DNA of 64,000 nucleotides from assembly GCA_036172245.1 (NCBI GenBank), contig JAYWIR010000002.1, positions 3,782,001 to 3,846,000 of the forward strand, in the 5' to 3' direction. A model generated the notes under the pieces. It was not told the DNA's origin. It saw only the letters and a program-made list of their open reading frames with translations, and did no database searches. The DNA is from Raillietiella orientalis (Eukaryota). Below are positions 1 through 13,495 of this stretch, one piece after another. The position numbers were made by a program, and so were the translations under genes. Within the stretch, counting starts at the first letter, position 1. Each line of letters opens with the position of its first letter.

Positions 1-481
1 GCCGCAACTCCGGTGGGGACGCCTCCTCGTCCCTCCCTCAACGGAGCGAGCAGAGTCCCCGAACGATTTCCGGGCCGCCTCTTTCCCTTTCGCGAGCCCC
101 CCGTGGGTTGTGCGGGTCGGAACTCCGTCCGGGGATGATGCAGCGGTCAGCAGCGGCGGCAGTGCCCGCCAACCGGGCAGCCGTTTCCACGGTGAATCGG
201 CGCACCCGGTTGCGAAGACCCCACTCGGGTCTTCCCCTTCCCCGGAGGCAGCTCGCCCGCGTGGTGGAGGTTCGGTGCTCTGGCGCGTCTCGAGCTAACT
301 GCAGCTCCCTCTTGTTCCTCCCCCCCCCCGTTTCCCTCCCCCTCCCTCGCGCACGCGCCCACGCTTCCTCCCATCCCTAACGGGGACACAGATGCGTCGG
401 ATAATACGGTTTGCCACCCGTGCATCACCCTCCCCCCTGTTCCTGGTCACCCTGGTATGTGCTGATTGTTTCTTGTTGCAG

Positions 482-3400
482 AGCTTCCATTCCCATTCAG
501 ATTATCGAGGAGGACAGTTACGAGAAAGACGTGTTGTTTTACGTTGAACTAGGCGACCCTTACTGCGTCACAAGTAAGTCACGATGTAGCTAGTGGGAGA
601 CAGAAAGAGAGGAACGACAACAAAAAAAAGCCATGTCCACCGCAACGATGGTCACCCACGCTTCGGAGTTCTGCGTTTTCTAGTCCAGAAGGAGCACGGT
701 GGAAAGACGTTCTTCTTTCCGTTCCGCTCGCTCCGTGATCTTCACTCCACCTTCTCTTGTGTTTCTTCTTCGCCTGGTTCTCTTTTGTTTCTTCGTTTGT
801 TTGCCTTCGTTTCTTTTTTCACCCTCCCCCTCCCCCCCCCCGCTTTCCCCTCTTCCACACGTCGGCATCCTGGGACGCTACGCTCCTGGCACCTTCGTCT
901 CCCTTTCAGCACCCAGTCTTTTTCGTTGGGAACGCCCGGGCGGGAAACACCCGGGTAGGGAGCCACTGGACGTCGTCCCCGCAGCTTCGGCGGGACACGC
1001 GCGGGCACGGCCAGGAGAATTTCGATGGACGCACGCTCTTGGCTGTCACCCCTCTCGCTCTCCACACGGACATCCCGGCCTTCGTCGCACGCTCTTTCGA
1101 TCCTGCGGGCGAGAGTCATCTGCACCGCTCGCAGAGCCTGTTTCTTTTCTTTTTTTTTTTTTTTAATCTCCCCCCCCCTCCTCCTCCTCACGTGTTTTCC
1201 CTCCCAGGATGATGAAAAGGAATCGCTGGTCCTGCAGTCAGCCTGCTCGGTCGGTCCTGACGCGCAAATGGCTCCATCAATTTTTCGAGCTCTTAGTTTT
1301 GCCCGAGCTGCATGATAAATTAAGTGGATGCGGCTTTTTTGTCCCCGCGCGGATGTCTCTTGCCGGATCTTCCTCTCCCTCCTTTGTCGCTCCGGAGCGA
1401 AGGAAGCTGAAACGGAAAGCTCGCCAGGAGCACTTAATCCACGGTTTCAGTGAGCGGTGCTCACGTTCGGAGCGCTCCCTTCCGAGCTACTCTCGCCGAA
1501 CGGCGGGGAGTTTATTGTTGGGGGGGGGGGGGGGGGTGCATCCTCCCAGCGTTTCCGAGCAACCGCTTTGCTCGCGTAGTCGTCTTCCTCCCCAGAGGGC
1601 CATGGTTTCGTGGACCCGACTCATCTGCGGCTGCACGTCCGCGTTGCCAAGATGCACCGTAGGAATCCGAATCGATCGATGCATCCTACGATTCGTTCTT
1701 CATGCCGTATGCTTCCACCACATCCTTTCCTCATTTCTTCATCATCGCGGCACACACGAAAGGTCGCACATGCCATCGCCTGGTTCCTTCACTTCTCTTC
1801 GGGGCAACATCTTTCTCTCGCCGCTCCACTCACCCTTGGTTTACATGATTCACTCCATTTCCGAACCTCGTTGCTACGAGAAGGCCTCAGGAGAATTGAT
1901 CCTCAGTAATCCTTCGAATCCTTCGCACCGCAAGATCGTTTTTCCTAATAAACCTTATTGTTTCTACACGCTCATCCATTTGAGTCAATTTTGTGCTCGG
2001 TACGCTTTCCAGCCCGAAAACGATTAATCCGCTACTTGTTTATCACTTCTCAATACCTGCTAAAAGTTCGGGAAACCAAAATCCCGAAATTGTTGGCATC
2101 CCTGATTATTTTCGGAGGGCGCAGAGAATTATCTGTTAGCCTCCGATTTTGCACCATTTTGAATTGAGATTAGATGAATTGAGATGAACAAATATGGATA
2201 CTCACTTACTCTTTTCCCTCTTTTTTTTCCTTTCATTTACACCAATTAAAGATGAAGACGAGGCCGGAAAAGATTTGATCGAAGGTTTGTAAAGCATGAA
2301 ATTTTTATCCATCATTCACGCATCTCACTAACCACTTACTTTTCCTTTTGGATAGCATGCTGCTGTGCTAAATATTTGATAAGATTGGATCCGAGGTGTC
2401 GGATCGAAACCCAATTGGCAAGAGTTTTTTTGCACACACACCTCAGTTTTTTTTTTTTTTTTTTTTGGCTGCACGCTGCACTTGCTGTGTGATCAGTAAC
2501 CTCACTGACTAATGAGTTCTTCTTGCTTTCGAGTTCTTTTTTGCTTTGGCTGCATCTCAAGGAGTCTGTGCCTTTGTGTTTGTGTTGCATTGCATAATGA
2601 ACCCAAACCTCTGCTTCCATGCAGAAACGAGCAGGCTCTCTAATCAAACCCAATCCCGAGGGGAACCTGTGAGAGTGTTTCGAACACCGGAAGGAACACG
2701 GCGGTTCAACGACAAGCAACTTGTTTGTGACTCGCTCTCCTCCATGGCCGGATCGGGCATCCCGCTTACCGTGGCTGTCCACTTTTATCCTCGTGCTCGT
2801 GAACGATGCTCGGTCGCCATGGAGATGGGCATTATCGAGCCGTGAGGCTTGCGTAACAGAAAGTGGCAAAGCAAGATGGCTGTGGAAGCCACGATGGCGT
2901 CACGATTTTGACCCGGAGCCATCTGTGCTGGCGCCGAGATTAAAAAGCTTACGATGCGGATCGGAAAAGTCACTTATCGCTGACAAATGCCGAGCTGCGG
3001 GCGCCAAAAATCCCCCTGATTAACCGCCTGGTAATATTTCGTAAAGACTCCCGATTTCTTCACCGCTGGACGAATAGTCAACGCCTGCCCTGCGATCCCT
3101 GCGCTCTCTTCGCCAGCGCGAGGAGACACGCCGGCAGATCGCAAAGAGGAAGCACGTCTTCCCACAACATGGGTTCGGACGAAAAGCTTTTCCCGGTAAT
3201 TGAATGCTTCGAATAGGGAAAAACAAACACGCTCGACCCGGATGGCGTTACTGGACCTGCTGAATAGCGTGGTCACTCGTGTTCGGCTGGTCTGCCGTCT
3301 TCTGCTCGACAAGTGCTCCCTAATGTCCTGCTTCGAAATCTCGGCCTTTCCCCATCCTTGCTCCCAAGTTCTGCGACGGACAAAATTAATGATGTTCGCG

Positions 3401-4317
3401 TCCTCTGGTAATGGCGCTACGGCGTAGAAAGACATCCTCTGTTGTTGTTGTTCTTTCTGTTCTGCGATGAAACCCAAGAAGTGAATGATGGCTCAGGCCA
3501 AACGATGCTGTCGTTTAGCAATAAGGCATTTTGAGAGTGATAAACTCCAGAGAGATTCACTTTACTAATTGCAGCAGTTTTTTAATTATTGCACGAAAAA
3601 TATGTTTGCGCTTCGTTGCTGAATATGCCAGGCAACCAGGCCATTGGTGGCGCAGCGTCCAAACTATGGAAACTCTCTTTCCAGGATCCTTTTGTGCGCC
3701 TCCTTAACATTTAAGGCACCCGATAGCCCCTATATCTTGTTAATGACCATAATTTCTACACTGTGAACGACTTTCGTCTTGAGACCTCAGCACACATAAA
3801 ACTGTGATGCTTACTCTGCTTCAGTCTCTTTGTTGGATTGCTTCTCCTAGAGAGAGATCTCACCTTTCTTTTCATCAAGTTTGTTGCTGTGCTAATAGGC
3901 AGGCTTGAGAAAGGCTGGAATGCACTTTGCGAGCGGCTCGTCTTATAATGTTTTCGCTTTATGGAACCTCGCGGATTAATGAGCTGGAATGCCAGTCTTT
4001 GAATGCTTCCATCTGAACAAAGCTCTGCTCCATCACCATTCGAATTTACGGTCACCACAGATTGGGCGACGCCTTTGTTGATCGCGTGTTGTGGCGCTCG
4101 GTAGTGCGTTTTCTCGGATCTTCGACAGTCGCTGCTGCTCCTATGGAAGCGGGCGTGCAAGCTCCGTCGCCGAACCCAAAGAGCCTGCGAAACCCCGGTT
4201 GTTTCCTTGGGCGCTGAAGGCGCGCAGGTTGAAGGTAACCGATCCAGCAGCACATGCCGTGGCATATCCACGGCAGTCCGTCTCGCGGAATCAATTAGCG
4301 TCGATTCTTGAAATTTG

Positions 4318-4348
<31 letters not shown>

Positions 4349-7300
4349 TCCTCCTCCTCCTCCTTAGGTATTTTGCGTCTCGGGCGCCCCTCCACGTCCC
4401 GGTGAGCGGCGGCGCGGAGACGAAAATCTTAGCACGAGAACGCGTCCGCGTCGACCGTAAGCGCGCGGCGGCCCCGCATTCGGGCGGGCGCGTCGCCGCG
4501 GCAACGCACGGAACTTCCCGCTCGGGAGCTCGCCGGTCCCGGGCGCCACTGGTGGCGGCGAATCCGCGCGGCTCTTGCTCGCTGGCGCACCCTCACTTTG
4601 CCCACGTGGGTTCGTCACCATCCTACTACTAACGCTGAAGCTGTGACCCCTGTAGTCAGCCCTTAACACTGCAGCCGCTTGCCAGCAAGCTATGGCTCGT
4701 TAATGAAGTTGCTGTCTTTTCCCTAGATGCCGGCGAGATGGTCAAGGACAAGGACGTCAAGCTCATGACGAAGAAGGAAAAGATCGCCCTTTTGGGCAAG
4801 CCTAGGCTGGGAGAGCAGACTCGCGCCCAAATCCGGGTTAAGGAAAGCAAGGAGTTCAAGGTACGCACGGCGTTGCCGTGATAACTGCACGCATCTTTTC
4901 CTGTGCCTCGAGGACAGGGGAGGACCCTGCGAGCCGTCGCTATCCTCACATGTCACACGGGAGTGAAGTTTTCGGCGTCGAGCTTTGCAAGATGGCTGAC
5001 CGAGTTTGGCGGCCCGGAAAGATTGCTGTAGGCGGTAGCCGAAAGCTGGTTGGTTGCAGGATGTCCCGAAGTTGAATTGGCATCGGGCAGCCGTTCGGAG
5101 GGTGGGGGGTCAGAAGGACTTCTCTCCAAGAGATCGCAGCGCGTCGATGGCAGACGAGGAATCGCAGGGGAGTCGGATCGCGCGGAGGTTTCAATGGGAG
5201 CTGTCGGATGAGCGGAGTCGCTTCGGAGCGTCGCATTCAGTGGACCGGGGTGGGAAATAGCAGTGGCCGGCAGCCAGCAAGGGCAGGAGGAGCGCTGCGT
5301 TCCATGGGGAGGAGGCAGCCGCCTTGCTGACGAGAACGGATTGGGGACTCAGGCGGTCGCGGACACGGGAGGTGCTGCTGCCTTCCGGCGAGTGGAGGGA
5401 TCCGAACGTTCCTTTTTCTGCCCCCTTCTCTTCTCCCCTCCCTCTCTCCTGCCCTATGCAGAACAGCCGCTTCCTCTCTCAGGAAGGTCCTGATCTTCTC
5501 ACGTCTCCTTCCCATCTTCCCGCTGGCTGCTCATCTGTCTCACAGCTCCCGCGCCACTACCGTCCGGCTGACAGCGCGCGGCCGTCCCACCCGATGCAGT
5601 GCGCCTGCCCGCGGGTCGCGAAAAATGTCCGGCTGAGTCCTCGGAGCAACGCGGTACGTCCAGGCGTTCCCATTCTTCGTGCCCTGTTTCCGGGTGGTCC
5701 AGCGAAGGAGGAGGGGCTTCTTCGCGCATTTCTACCTTGTCATTCGCGGACCTTTGGGGGAGGCTCCACATCCAGCCCGCGTTCTCCCGCCCACTGCCTG
5801 GATGGCGTCATCCACCCTACCGATCACGCGGGAATTCTTCCCGGTGTAGTCGCCGACGATCTACCGCTCGCAGCATCCGCTCAGAACGTGTCCCGTCGTG
5901 AGGCTCGGCATCGCACTAGCGGGAGATCATTCCCGTCTCTACAGCGCGGAGGAGCGCTCCAAGCAGAAAGAGACCGTCCGCCTCCGCTGCAGGCTCCGTT
6001 GCCGCGGTCGCTAGGCAGCGGCACCCGAAGATGTCTGCCTGGGACTCGGGAGGAACTGAGAGCACGGGAAATTTTCGCCTGGACTTTCTCTGCCCGCCAG
6101 AATGGAGGGGGGAGGGGGCCCAAGGTGATTCCAAAGCGGTGTGCGCCAACACGATAAGAGTACACCAAGTTTACGCTCGCCCCCGAGGCGGCAAGCGGAA
6201 TCTGCTGCTCTGGGAGGGCACGCAAGGAGCACGAGCAGCTGCGGTTCTATGGAAACGAGAGGCAGGAACTCCGCCGGGGACGAGCGGCCTGCAGGGAGGA
6301 GGAGCTCCTAGAAAACCTTGGCGCGACCATGGCGCGGTGCGGGTTGTCACCTGTGGACGCTCGCCCGCATGGGTCCTCTGTGGACTAGTCGCCTCCCGCA
6401 TGCGGAGCGAGTGCGGAGCGCCAGAGGGCGGGGAGTGTCTCCGAGGCCTCAGCGGCGGGTCAGGAGGCGGCAGCCTCTTCAGACCGCGAGCGTCGCGGCC
6501 TCACCCTTCGACGGCCGAAGGTTGACCCCGCCCGAACGCGCGAGAGCAGCGCCGCGGACCCGACTCGAAGCCCACGTGCATTATTGCGTTACCGCAGCGG
6601 TTGGTAGATCTCGCTCTCCATGTTGAACGCGGCGTGCCACAGTGTGGATTGCGCTGATGGTTGCGCGTCTCGTCCCGTTGCCAACGTGGTGATCCAAAGG
6701 GTAAAATTGCTCCTCCCCTTCCTCCAAAGAGGTTTTCGTGTGTGTATGGTTTCTTTTGGGGGGAGGCACGAGCTCACGACTTAAGAATCCGATCTTTCAG
6801 AACACGGTGGACAAGCTGATCAAACGGGCCAACGCCTCTCTGCTTGTAGGAACGTTCAGTTGGAAGGAGCAGTTCATCGAGGCGATCACCGTATCTCCAG
6901 GTGAGAGCGCTGCCGGCCTCCTCTCCCGCTAGCTGTCCGTGTCCGTCGGCTCGATCCCACGGGGCGGGAGTTGATCGATGCGGGAAGCATCGTCGTCATC
7001 AGATCTCTTTCTTCCTTTCCCTTCCCCCCCCCCCCTCCCTCCATTTGTTCCTCTCTCTGGTGACGCGGCATGTCTGTGCGATACCGGGTGAAGCGTGCCT
7101 CTTTGCTGCCGGTCGGGCTCCTCTGCTGCTTCCCTCCTCTTTGGCTGCAATTTTTTTCACCCGGTCACGCCGGCACGTTTACTATAAAAAATAATAAACC
7201 TACATGTGTAGGGACACCGTCCCTACATGATCCGAAAATGCTCGGAACCTGCCGAGTGACCGGCACGCAGGCCGGCGAGGTTCGCCTCGGCAGTGGAGGG

Positions 7301-10300
7301 GGAAGGGGCAAACAGAAATAAAAATAAAACGAAAAAATTGAGAGGGTTAGGGAAGGGATGACCGGGAGCTGGAAGGCGTCCTCTGCATCCTTTCCAGGAT
7401 TATCCGCGAGGAATCGTGCCGTGCGCACTTCACGCTTCCAGCGGGCTCCCTCCGGGCAGGTTCTGATCTCTCGTCGTTTCAGATGACGACAACCACGGAG
7501 AAGGGAAGAAGGATATCAAGATGCCGTCCTGTCTCGATTACGCCATTCACTTCATCACTGTGTTCTGGAAAGTGCTCTTCGCCTTTGTACCTCCCACAGG
7601 TCGGTTTGCCCTGCCTCGAGGTGGTCTCCGTCCGCCGCGCACCTTCCCCATTGTCTGGGGTCGCTTTCCGATTCGCGGACGGAAATGGAATCGCCGCCTC
7701 TGGAAAAAAAATGGCCCCGTCGAGCCGTGCCGGATGTTTCTGACGCCGGTCTCCCCGCCGGAAGTTCTGTAATCGCGCGCGCGGAGGTGGCAGCTGCCGC
7801 TACTCTCCTTTTTGATGTAATGGACAACTCGCGCAAAGAAAAGAACGAAAACAGCGCGAGAAGGATGGGGGAATCGCGCCTAACCTCGCCTTTCGAGGAT
7901 GACCCCGAAGGGCCACGTGGCCGACGCCGCCCCATAGCCCCGAAGTCCCCTCGCCCTACCTTTTCTTTCACCTGCTTCCCACCCCTCCTGGCGTAGAATG
8001 GCTTTTTTCTCCACGGGAACCGGAGACGGCGGATTCAGCTCGACGGGGGAGTATCCGTTGCCGAAACTCAGCAACCATGGTTTTGTAGCTCCCGCCTGAA
8101 CGTTGGCACGAAGCCATGCGCTCCATCTGCTCTGCAGAGAGTTCCCTCCGGCATCTGGAAGTGCTCACCCTCCTCCTCCTCTCCCGCTCGAGGTGCCCGG
8201 ATGTTCCTTAAGACCCTGTGTGCTGCTCGGCCAGCCCATTCGTTCGTGAGCAACTCCAGCGCGGAACTCCGTACGGACGATTCGGTGTCTCGCAGCCCAG
8301 CTGCGCACCGGACGGTTGGTTATGCCATTGCAGTGGAGGGCAAGCGTTCAGAAACGAGACTTCAACTTCGCTACCCTTCTTCGCTCCGTCGCTTCCTCCC
8401 GGAAGCAATTGCTGAAACAGCCGCCAGACCACGGAAGCTTCCTCGTGGACGTTGGTCGGTCTCCCCTGCATGCATCGCTCGGTCGAGTGCATCGCAGGAG
8501 CGAAGGGAACGGAAACTTCCCGGCTTTCCCCCCGAGGAGGCCCGGGTGCGGCGCAGGGTTTGCAGCATGTACCGGCGCAAAAAATCCCACGTGGATGGAG
8601 GCGAAGTATCATGCCGATGGCCACTCAACATCCGCGTGCTCTCTCGCGCTACGCCAAGGAGGGACGCCTCCGTGCGCACCGCTGGGAGAAGTGCGGCGCA
8701 CTTGCGCAGTTCGCATCGGTCGCCCCGGCAACCCTCCGCTTGCGACGGCAGAGACGCATGGCTCCTCGAGCCGATGCGCGCGCCCGGGAATGCGCTGTGG
8801 GTATGTTTCACACCCGGGTGCGCCGGGGCATTTGTTGTGAAAATAAGCATACAAATTGTAAAACCGTCGGCCCTACATCGTCCGAAAGAGTTCGAAACCT
8901 TCCAAGTAACCAGCACGCAGGCGGTCAAGGTTTGCTTCGGCAGCGGAGGGGGAGAAGGCAAACAAAAAGAACAATCAATAACAAAAAGAACTCTAGGGGG
9001 CACGGGAATGGACCACTGGGATCTGGAGGACGTCCTCTGCATCCTTTCCAGGATGCCGGCAAGTTCCATCCGAGTATGGGTCCCAGGTGGGCCATCTCTG
9101 CCGTCCACAGGAAGCGCAGGGCGATGCAGATGGCGTTCCTGTAGCGCCGTCCTCCTCTCGCGTAGCTCCAGGCCGCCACAATCCCGCGTAGGCAGCAGCA
9201 AAGGACTTCTGGGGATGCGTCAGGCGAAAAGGCGTCGCGCACGAAGAGGCATCCCCGGGATTGTCCGTCAGTGCACCAAAGGCCGTTGGGTAACGCAACC
9301 ACAGGAGCCGTAGGTTAGCACAGTCCACAATCAGGTGCGGAAGGGACTCCCGTTCCCCGCACCTGCAGCAGTTTGGGTCCACAGCCCCGCGGGTCCAGTG
9401 AGACCGACGGGCAGCGTTGCACGGGTGGCCCCAGTGCAACAGCAGAAGTGCCGACTCCTACCACTTCAGGGGGGAGGGCCCTGCTGCTCTTCAGCGCTGG
9501 GGGCCACTCGAGGTCTTCCTGTAGGATTCCCAGCAGCTCGCCCCAGCGTAATAGTCCTTTCGGTGGGGCACTTGGAGTCGTAGCGTCCGTTAGCTGGCCC
9601 GTCGTCCAACCACCTAATCTCTTCGTCTGAAGACTTTTCTGCTTACGCACGCATGATGGGCTCTGTGCGGTCGTGTTGCCGCTACCGCTGCTGCTCCTTG
9701 AAGTGGCAGATTACTTGCGCAGCGTTCCCCGTCCCCTCCGCATTCCGTGCAGTGAAGAACTTCTGGAGATGTAGGGGGTCTTCGGCTTCGAACCAGTTCG
9801 CGCGCTTCCGGTGAACTGCCCTACCCCCTACTCCCCCCCCCTACCCCGCAGCGCCCGACGCGCTTTGCGGTCTCTCGCGGATGCTTTAAAAGAGCAGCTG
9901 CCTCGTTTGTGTTCCAGACATTCTGCAAGGGTGGTTGGCTTTCTTCTGCACCCTTATGATCATCGGGCTGCTGACCGGCCTTCTCGGAGACATCGCCAGT
10001 CATCTGGGCTGCACGATCGGACTCAAGGACACCGTCAACGCGATCGCCTTCGTGGCTCTGGGAACCAGCGTTCCAGGTAAACAAAAGGCGCGGCTATCGG
10101 TGGCGGCTTTTGGGGTCGCACGCGCCGGTGCTTTCCTCCGTGCTCCCACACTTGCGCGCGAAGGCATGTCGCGTGCCCCTTTCGGTCGCCTCGAACCGAA
10201 TGCCCCGGGCACGCTTGGTCCGGGACGCATGCCCGCGCAACGCGGTTGCCGCCTTCTGCAGCAACCGTGCAAAACTGCCTCTTTGACTGACCTTGGTTTC

Positions 10301-12944
10301 GCATGGCATTTTTTTTTTTTTTTTGCGCAAAGGGTTGAGCAAGAAAAGTCTCGAGGTTCCTGGTGGGTGCAGCTGGAGTTCCTGGCAGGATGGACACGGA
10401 GCGATGCGAGCGCAGATTGCGACGAGATTTTCTAGGCGTTTCCCGCAAGAGCGGACGGAGCGGACGGCCCTGAGGGCGTCGTCGCTCGTGTTCCTCCCGA
10501 CCTGAATCCTGGGAGACCCCACCATTCCAAGGGATCCGTCTTCCAGTTCGGCCCAGCGTATCAGCAACTCTTCTAAACCCAGATTTTCGCCTTTCGGGGT
10601 TCCCGGATTTCCAAGAGGCTTACAAGGCCATTTCCCCTTCGGCTCCTCTCCCCTCCCGTGCCACTTGCGGATGCACGCGAAGCGAACCAGCGGAGTTCTC
10701 GATTTCGGACTTTGGAAGATTGTCAATACTACGCGCGTACATGCTGTGTACATGCACAAGTATGTATTTACAGATTAGCACGTGCGCGTGGGTTGAGTTG
10801 GTGTGATTTTTGTCCACTCGTTTGGATGCAGATCCGCTTTCTCGTTCCGCATCCAAACTCTGCTCTCAGCTGGGGGGAACGGAGGGTGGGGGAGGGACGC
10901 CCGAAAGAAAAGAGTTTCCGAGGACGCACCACGGGACGAGGAAGTTCTCCGTGTTCTTGAAGTTTCCGGCGTGCGTTGTGCTTTCGCTGCCGCTCGGAAA
11001 GCGTGACGCGCGTGACCTCTCGCACCGCGGACCTCGGCCGCCGCCCAAAAAGCAACTTCGAGCCTTGCCGTGCCCTCGACTTTCGGGTCGCCCGGGGGAG
11101 GGGGATGAATCGCACGTCGCGTGGAAAAGGACGGAGACGCAAGGTGCTCGGATGAGACAGGATGCTGCAGAATCGTTTTCCGCAGCTGCACCAGGCTATG
11201 GCACTTGCGAAAAGCTCCTCGTCCGTGATGCACCAGAACGGTCGCTCCGAGGGAACGTGGAGGAGCCATAATGCCTCCGACGTCTCACCTGCTCCTGTAC
11301 CTGACCGTAGCCAAGCGTGAACTGCAGGCCCACGCGCCTCTCCGAGATGGCACTTTCGCGCGGAGCAGCCTGGTGCTGGTGGTGCTTGAGTGAACGCAAA
11401 TCTGCGACCAGGGGTGGATCCACGTGCTCCCCGAAAGCGAGATTCGCCCTAGGGGTGGGTGGGTTCCGGAGAAGGGCAAGAGTGCTCTTCATGGCGCGGC
11501 CGGTGCACCCGTTATGGCATGGCTCCGGTCCCCAGAGCTCGGGAGGCACCTCTGCGGACCTATGAGCTGCAACTCGATCGCCGCGGGTGGTTGACGGAGG
11601 AGGGAAGGGGCGCCCTGAAAGAGCGCCGGCGGCTAGGGGCGGAAGCAAGAACCTCCGCGCTTCTGTTTTGGGCGGACTGCCCAGCCCTCCGCCAGAGGAA
11701 TACCTTGGCAGGTCTTGGGGGAGAACGGGAAAATGCCCCCTTTCTTCTGTCGCGTGCCTTTTTCCGTGCTCTTATTAAAATAAATAAGGCGCGACATCGA
11801 CGCGCATGCGATGTAAGATGCAGGCGCGCTCGCTGTTGCTTTTCCGAGCCGAAGGGGCAGTTAGGGGACCGCTCAGCTGAGCACCAGTGCAGGGGCCCTC
11901 GGATGGCTTCCCCTCCCTCTCCGCGCTGGCGCCGAGATCAGGGAAGTGCGCCGCTCCCGCGTGAGATGGTGACCAAGTGTGCTCGACGCTTCCAGGATGC
12001 TCTTTCGGGTTCTCCAGCGAGGCGATTCCGCTTTCCGTGAGCCTCCAAGTGGACCTTCTCCATCCTCCGTCCACAGAGGCTCGCAAGGAACCGCTGGAGC
12101 TGATATGCTGGTGGCACTCCCCTGCTGGCCGGATCGGCCAGAAAAAAAACAGCTCTTCCTGCTTAGAAGGCCTTCTTCCAGAAACGGGTCCGCCCCAAGC
12201 TGTTGCCGCGCTAGGCCGCTTGCCCTCAGGCACCTTCGGAAGCTTCGCGAGCAGGGCCAATGGGGGGGATGGTCCGTGCGGGACTGGTTGGCAGCGGCGC
12301 GCACTCTTGCCGGACGAGAGGAACACCCGACAAGCACCTCGCGGACAGGCGTCTTCTTCGGGTGGCGATCCGTCTGCGCGCCGCTCGCGGAGCTGGTCTT
12401 CGGGCAGCCTCCTGGACAGCTCGCCCTCGCGTGCGCGAGTTTGGCGGCGGCTTGCTCGGAAGGACCCGCCCCCTCACCCTTTGTCTTTCTCCGTAGATAC
12501 CTTCGCCAGTAAGGTGGCTGCCATCCAGGACCAGTACGCGGACGCATCGGTTGGGAACGTGACGGGAAGCAACGCCGTCAACGTGTTCCTCGGTATCGGC
12601 ATTGCGTGGTCGATGGCTGCCATCTACCACGCCATAAACGGGAATCAGTTCTTGGTGCAACCTGGCACGTAAGTACCGCCCCGGTGGGGACGGGGACCGA
12701 GCACGAGCGGTGAGGAGCTGGTGTTTCGTTCCCGAAAAGGCTGGGGTTTTCCGTGACGCTGTATTGCGCCCTGGCTGCCGTGGCCATCACTGTGATAGGG
12801 ATACGCAGGCACAAAAGCATCGGTGGAGAGCTAGGAGGCCCAAAGTCCATCAAAATCGCCACCGCCATCCTCTTTTTCACGCTGTGGTTCATCTACATCA
12901 TCGTCTCCAGCCTGGAGGCCTACGGCCACATCAAGGGATTCTGA
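482..12944 (+). CDS. SLC8A: Na+/Ca2+ exchanger (NCX/SLC8/Calx family), 3' part; 5' exons lie upstream of the window. Exons 482-573, [optional 2252-2284], 4727-4860, 6801-6900, 7483-7599, 9918-10076, 12497-12668, 12740-12944
   Basis: GT-AG, phase-compatible exons give CBD2 (IQIIEEDSYEKDVLFYVELGDP; IALLGKPRLGEQTRAQIRVKESKEFKNTVDKLIK; SWKEQFIEAITV), MPSCLDYAIHFITVFWKVLFAFVPPT, the alpha-2 repeat (FVALGTSVPDTFASK...ADASVGNVTGSNAVNVFLGIG) and C-terminal GGELGGP...SSLEAYGHIKGF*. All are NCX hallmarks. Confidence 0.97.
2252..2284 (+). CDS. Candidate 33-nt cassette microexon of NCX (CBD2 F-G loop): (N)EDEAGKDLIE(D)
   Basis: Branch-like TACTCAC, a long pyrimidine tract (2209-2240), AAG acceptor and G|GTTTGT donor. 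Phase 1/1 and 33 nt, so it preserves frame between exons 482-573 and 4727-4860. Confidence 0.6.
4319..4363. repeat. (CT)n/(CCT)n microsatellite
   Basis: Directly visible. Confidence 0.9.
7151..7415 (-). mobile_element. 5'-truncated LINE (L1/Tx1-like) 3' end, in an NCX intron
   Basis: Family C-terminus NPGKDAEDAFQLPVIPS, 3'UTR similar to the 8806 and 56487 copies, hairpin 7207-7227, terminal CCGGCGTGACCGGGTG plus A7. Confidence 0.8.
8806..9800 (-). mobile_element. 5'-truncated LINE copy with zf-RVT-like remnant, in an NCX intron
   Basis: HWTRGAVDPNCCRCGERESLPHLIVDC (CxxC...H...C zinc knuckle typical of the L1/Tx1 ORF2 C-terminus), HPGKDAEDVLQIPV and the shared 3'UTR. Confidence 0.85.
12000..12400 (-). 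mobile_element. Decayed LINE ORF2 fragment (EN-RT linker)
   Basis: GLARQQLGADPFLEEGLLSRKSCFF resembles the GAxxRxxxxxxEEGExxSxYFF linker motif; frameshifted. Confidence 0.35.
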
Positions 12945-13495
12945 GGGGTCGGGAAGGCCCCCGTGAGCCGGAGGAAGAAGTCTCCGCCCTCTCCCGGGAC
13001 GAACGCGCGCGGCCTCGCCCAGCGTCGTCCGCGCGGTCGTCTCGGCATCCACACTACCTCCGGGCGAAACAGAGGACTCGACTCGATTCCGCGGACTGCA
13101 CTGCCTGACGGGTCATCCGTTTCCGGGGAAAGAGAGGAAGAGCAGGACCCGGGTGCCGCCCGCGTCGGAGGGTGGGCGAGCGAGCCGTTCTTCCAGAGTG
13201 TTTGCCGCGAATGCTCTCTCCCGGTGCTCGTCGCCTCCGCCCTCCCTTCTTTCCCTCCTTCCCTCCCCCCTCCCTCTTGAACGGAAGAGGAAAAGGAAGA
13301 AAAGAAAAAAAGAAAGACATTTTGCCTGACGTGACTCCCTCCCCTGCGCCCCAATCACCGACCCTCGCCCCAGTTACCCCGAACGTCGAAACTCTTTGAA
13401 CCCCCGATGACCGAAAAAGTCAGTTAAGGTACACGAAGACATATTTTAGAAGCTTAACATAGAAGGACAACTGGGTTGTTTTCTTTACGTTACCG

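Noticed and set aside
700-960. Additional + strand LINE tail ending CCCGGG...CCCGGG
   Set aside because: The similarity is suggestive but too degenerate, and no TSD was found.
1208-1249. Strong acceptor followed by DDEKESLVLQSACS as an NCX exon
   Set aside because: The upstream exon ends in phase 1, giving AGA TGA (immediate stop). At most a poison exon, and unsupported.
4368-4401. TTAG...GTGAGC candidate NCX cassette exon
   Set aside because: It is 34 nt and shifts the frame.
8201-9313. 370-aa + strand ORF
   Set aside because: It lies antisense over a LINE remnant in an NCX intron and has no motifs.
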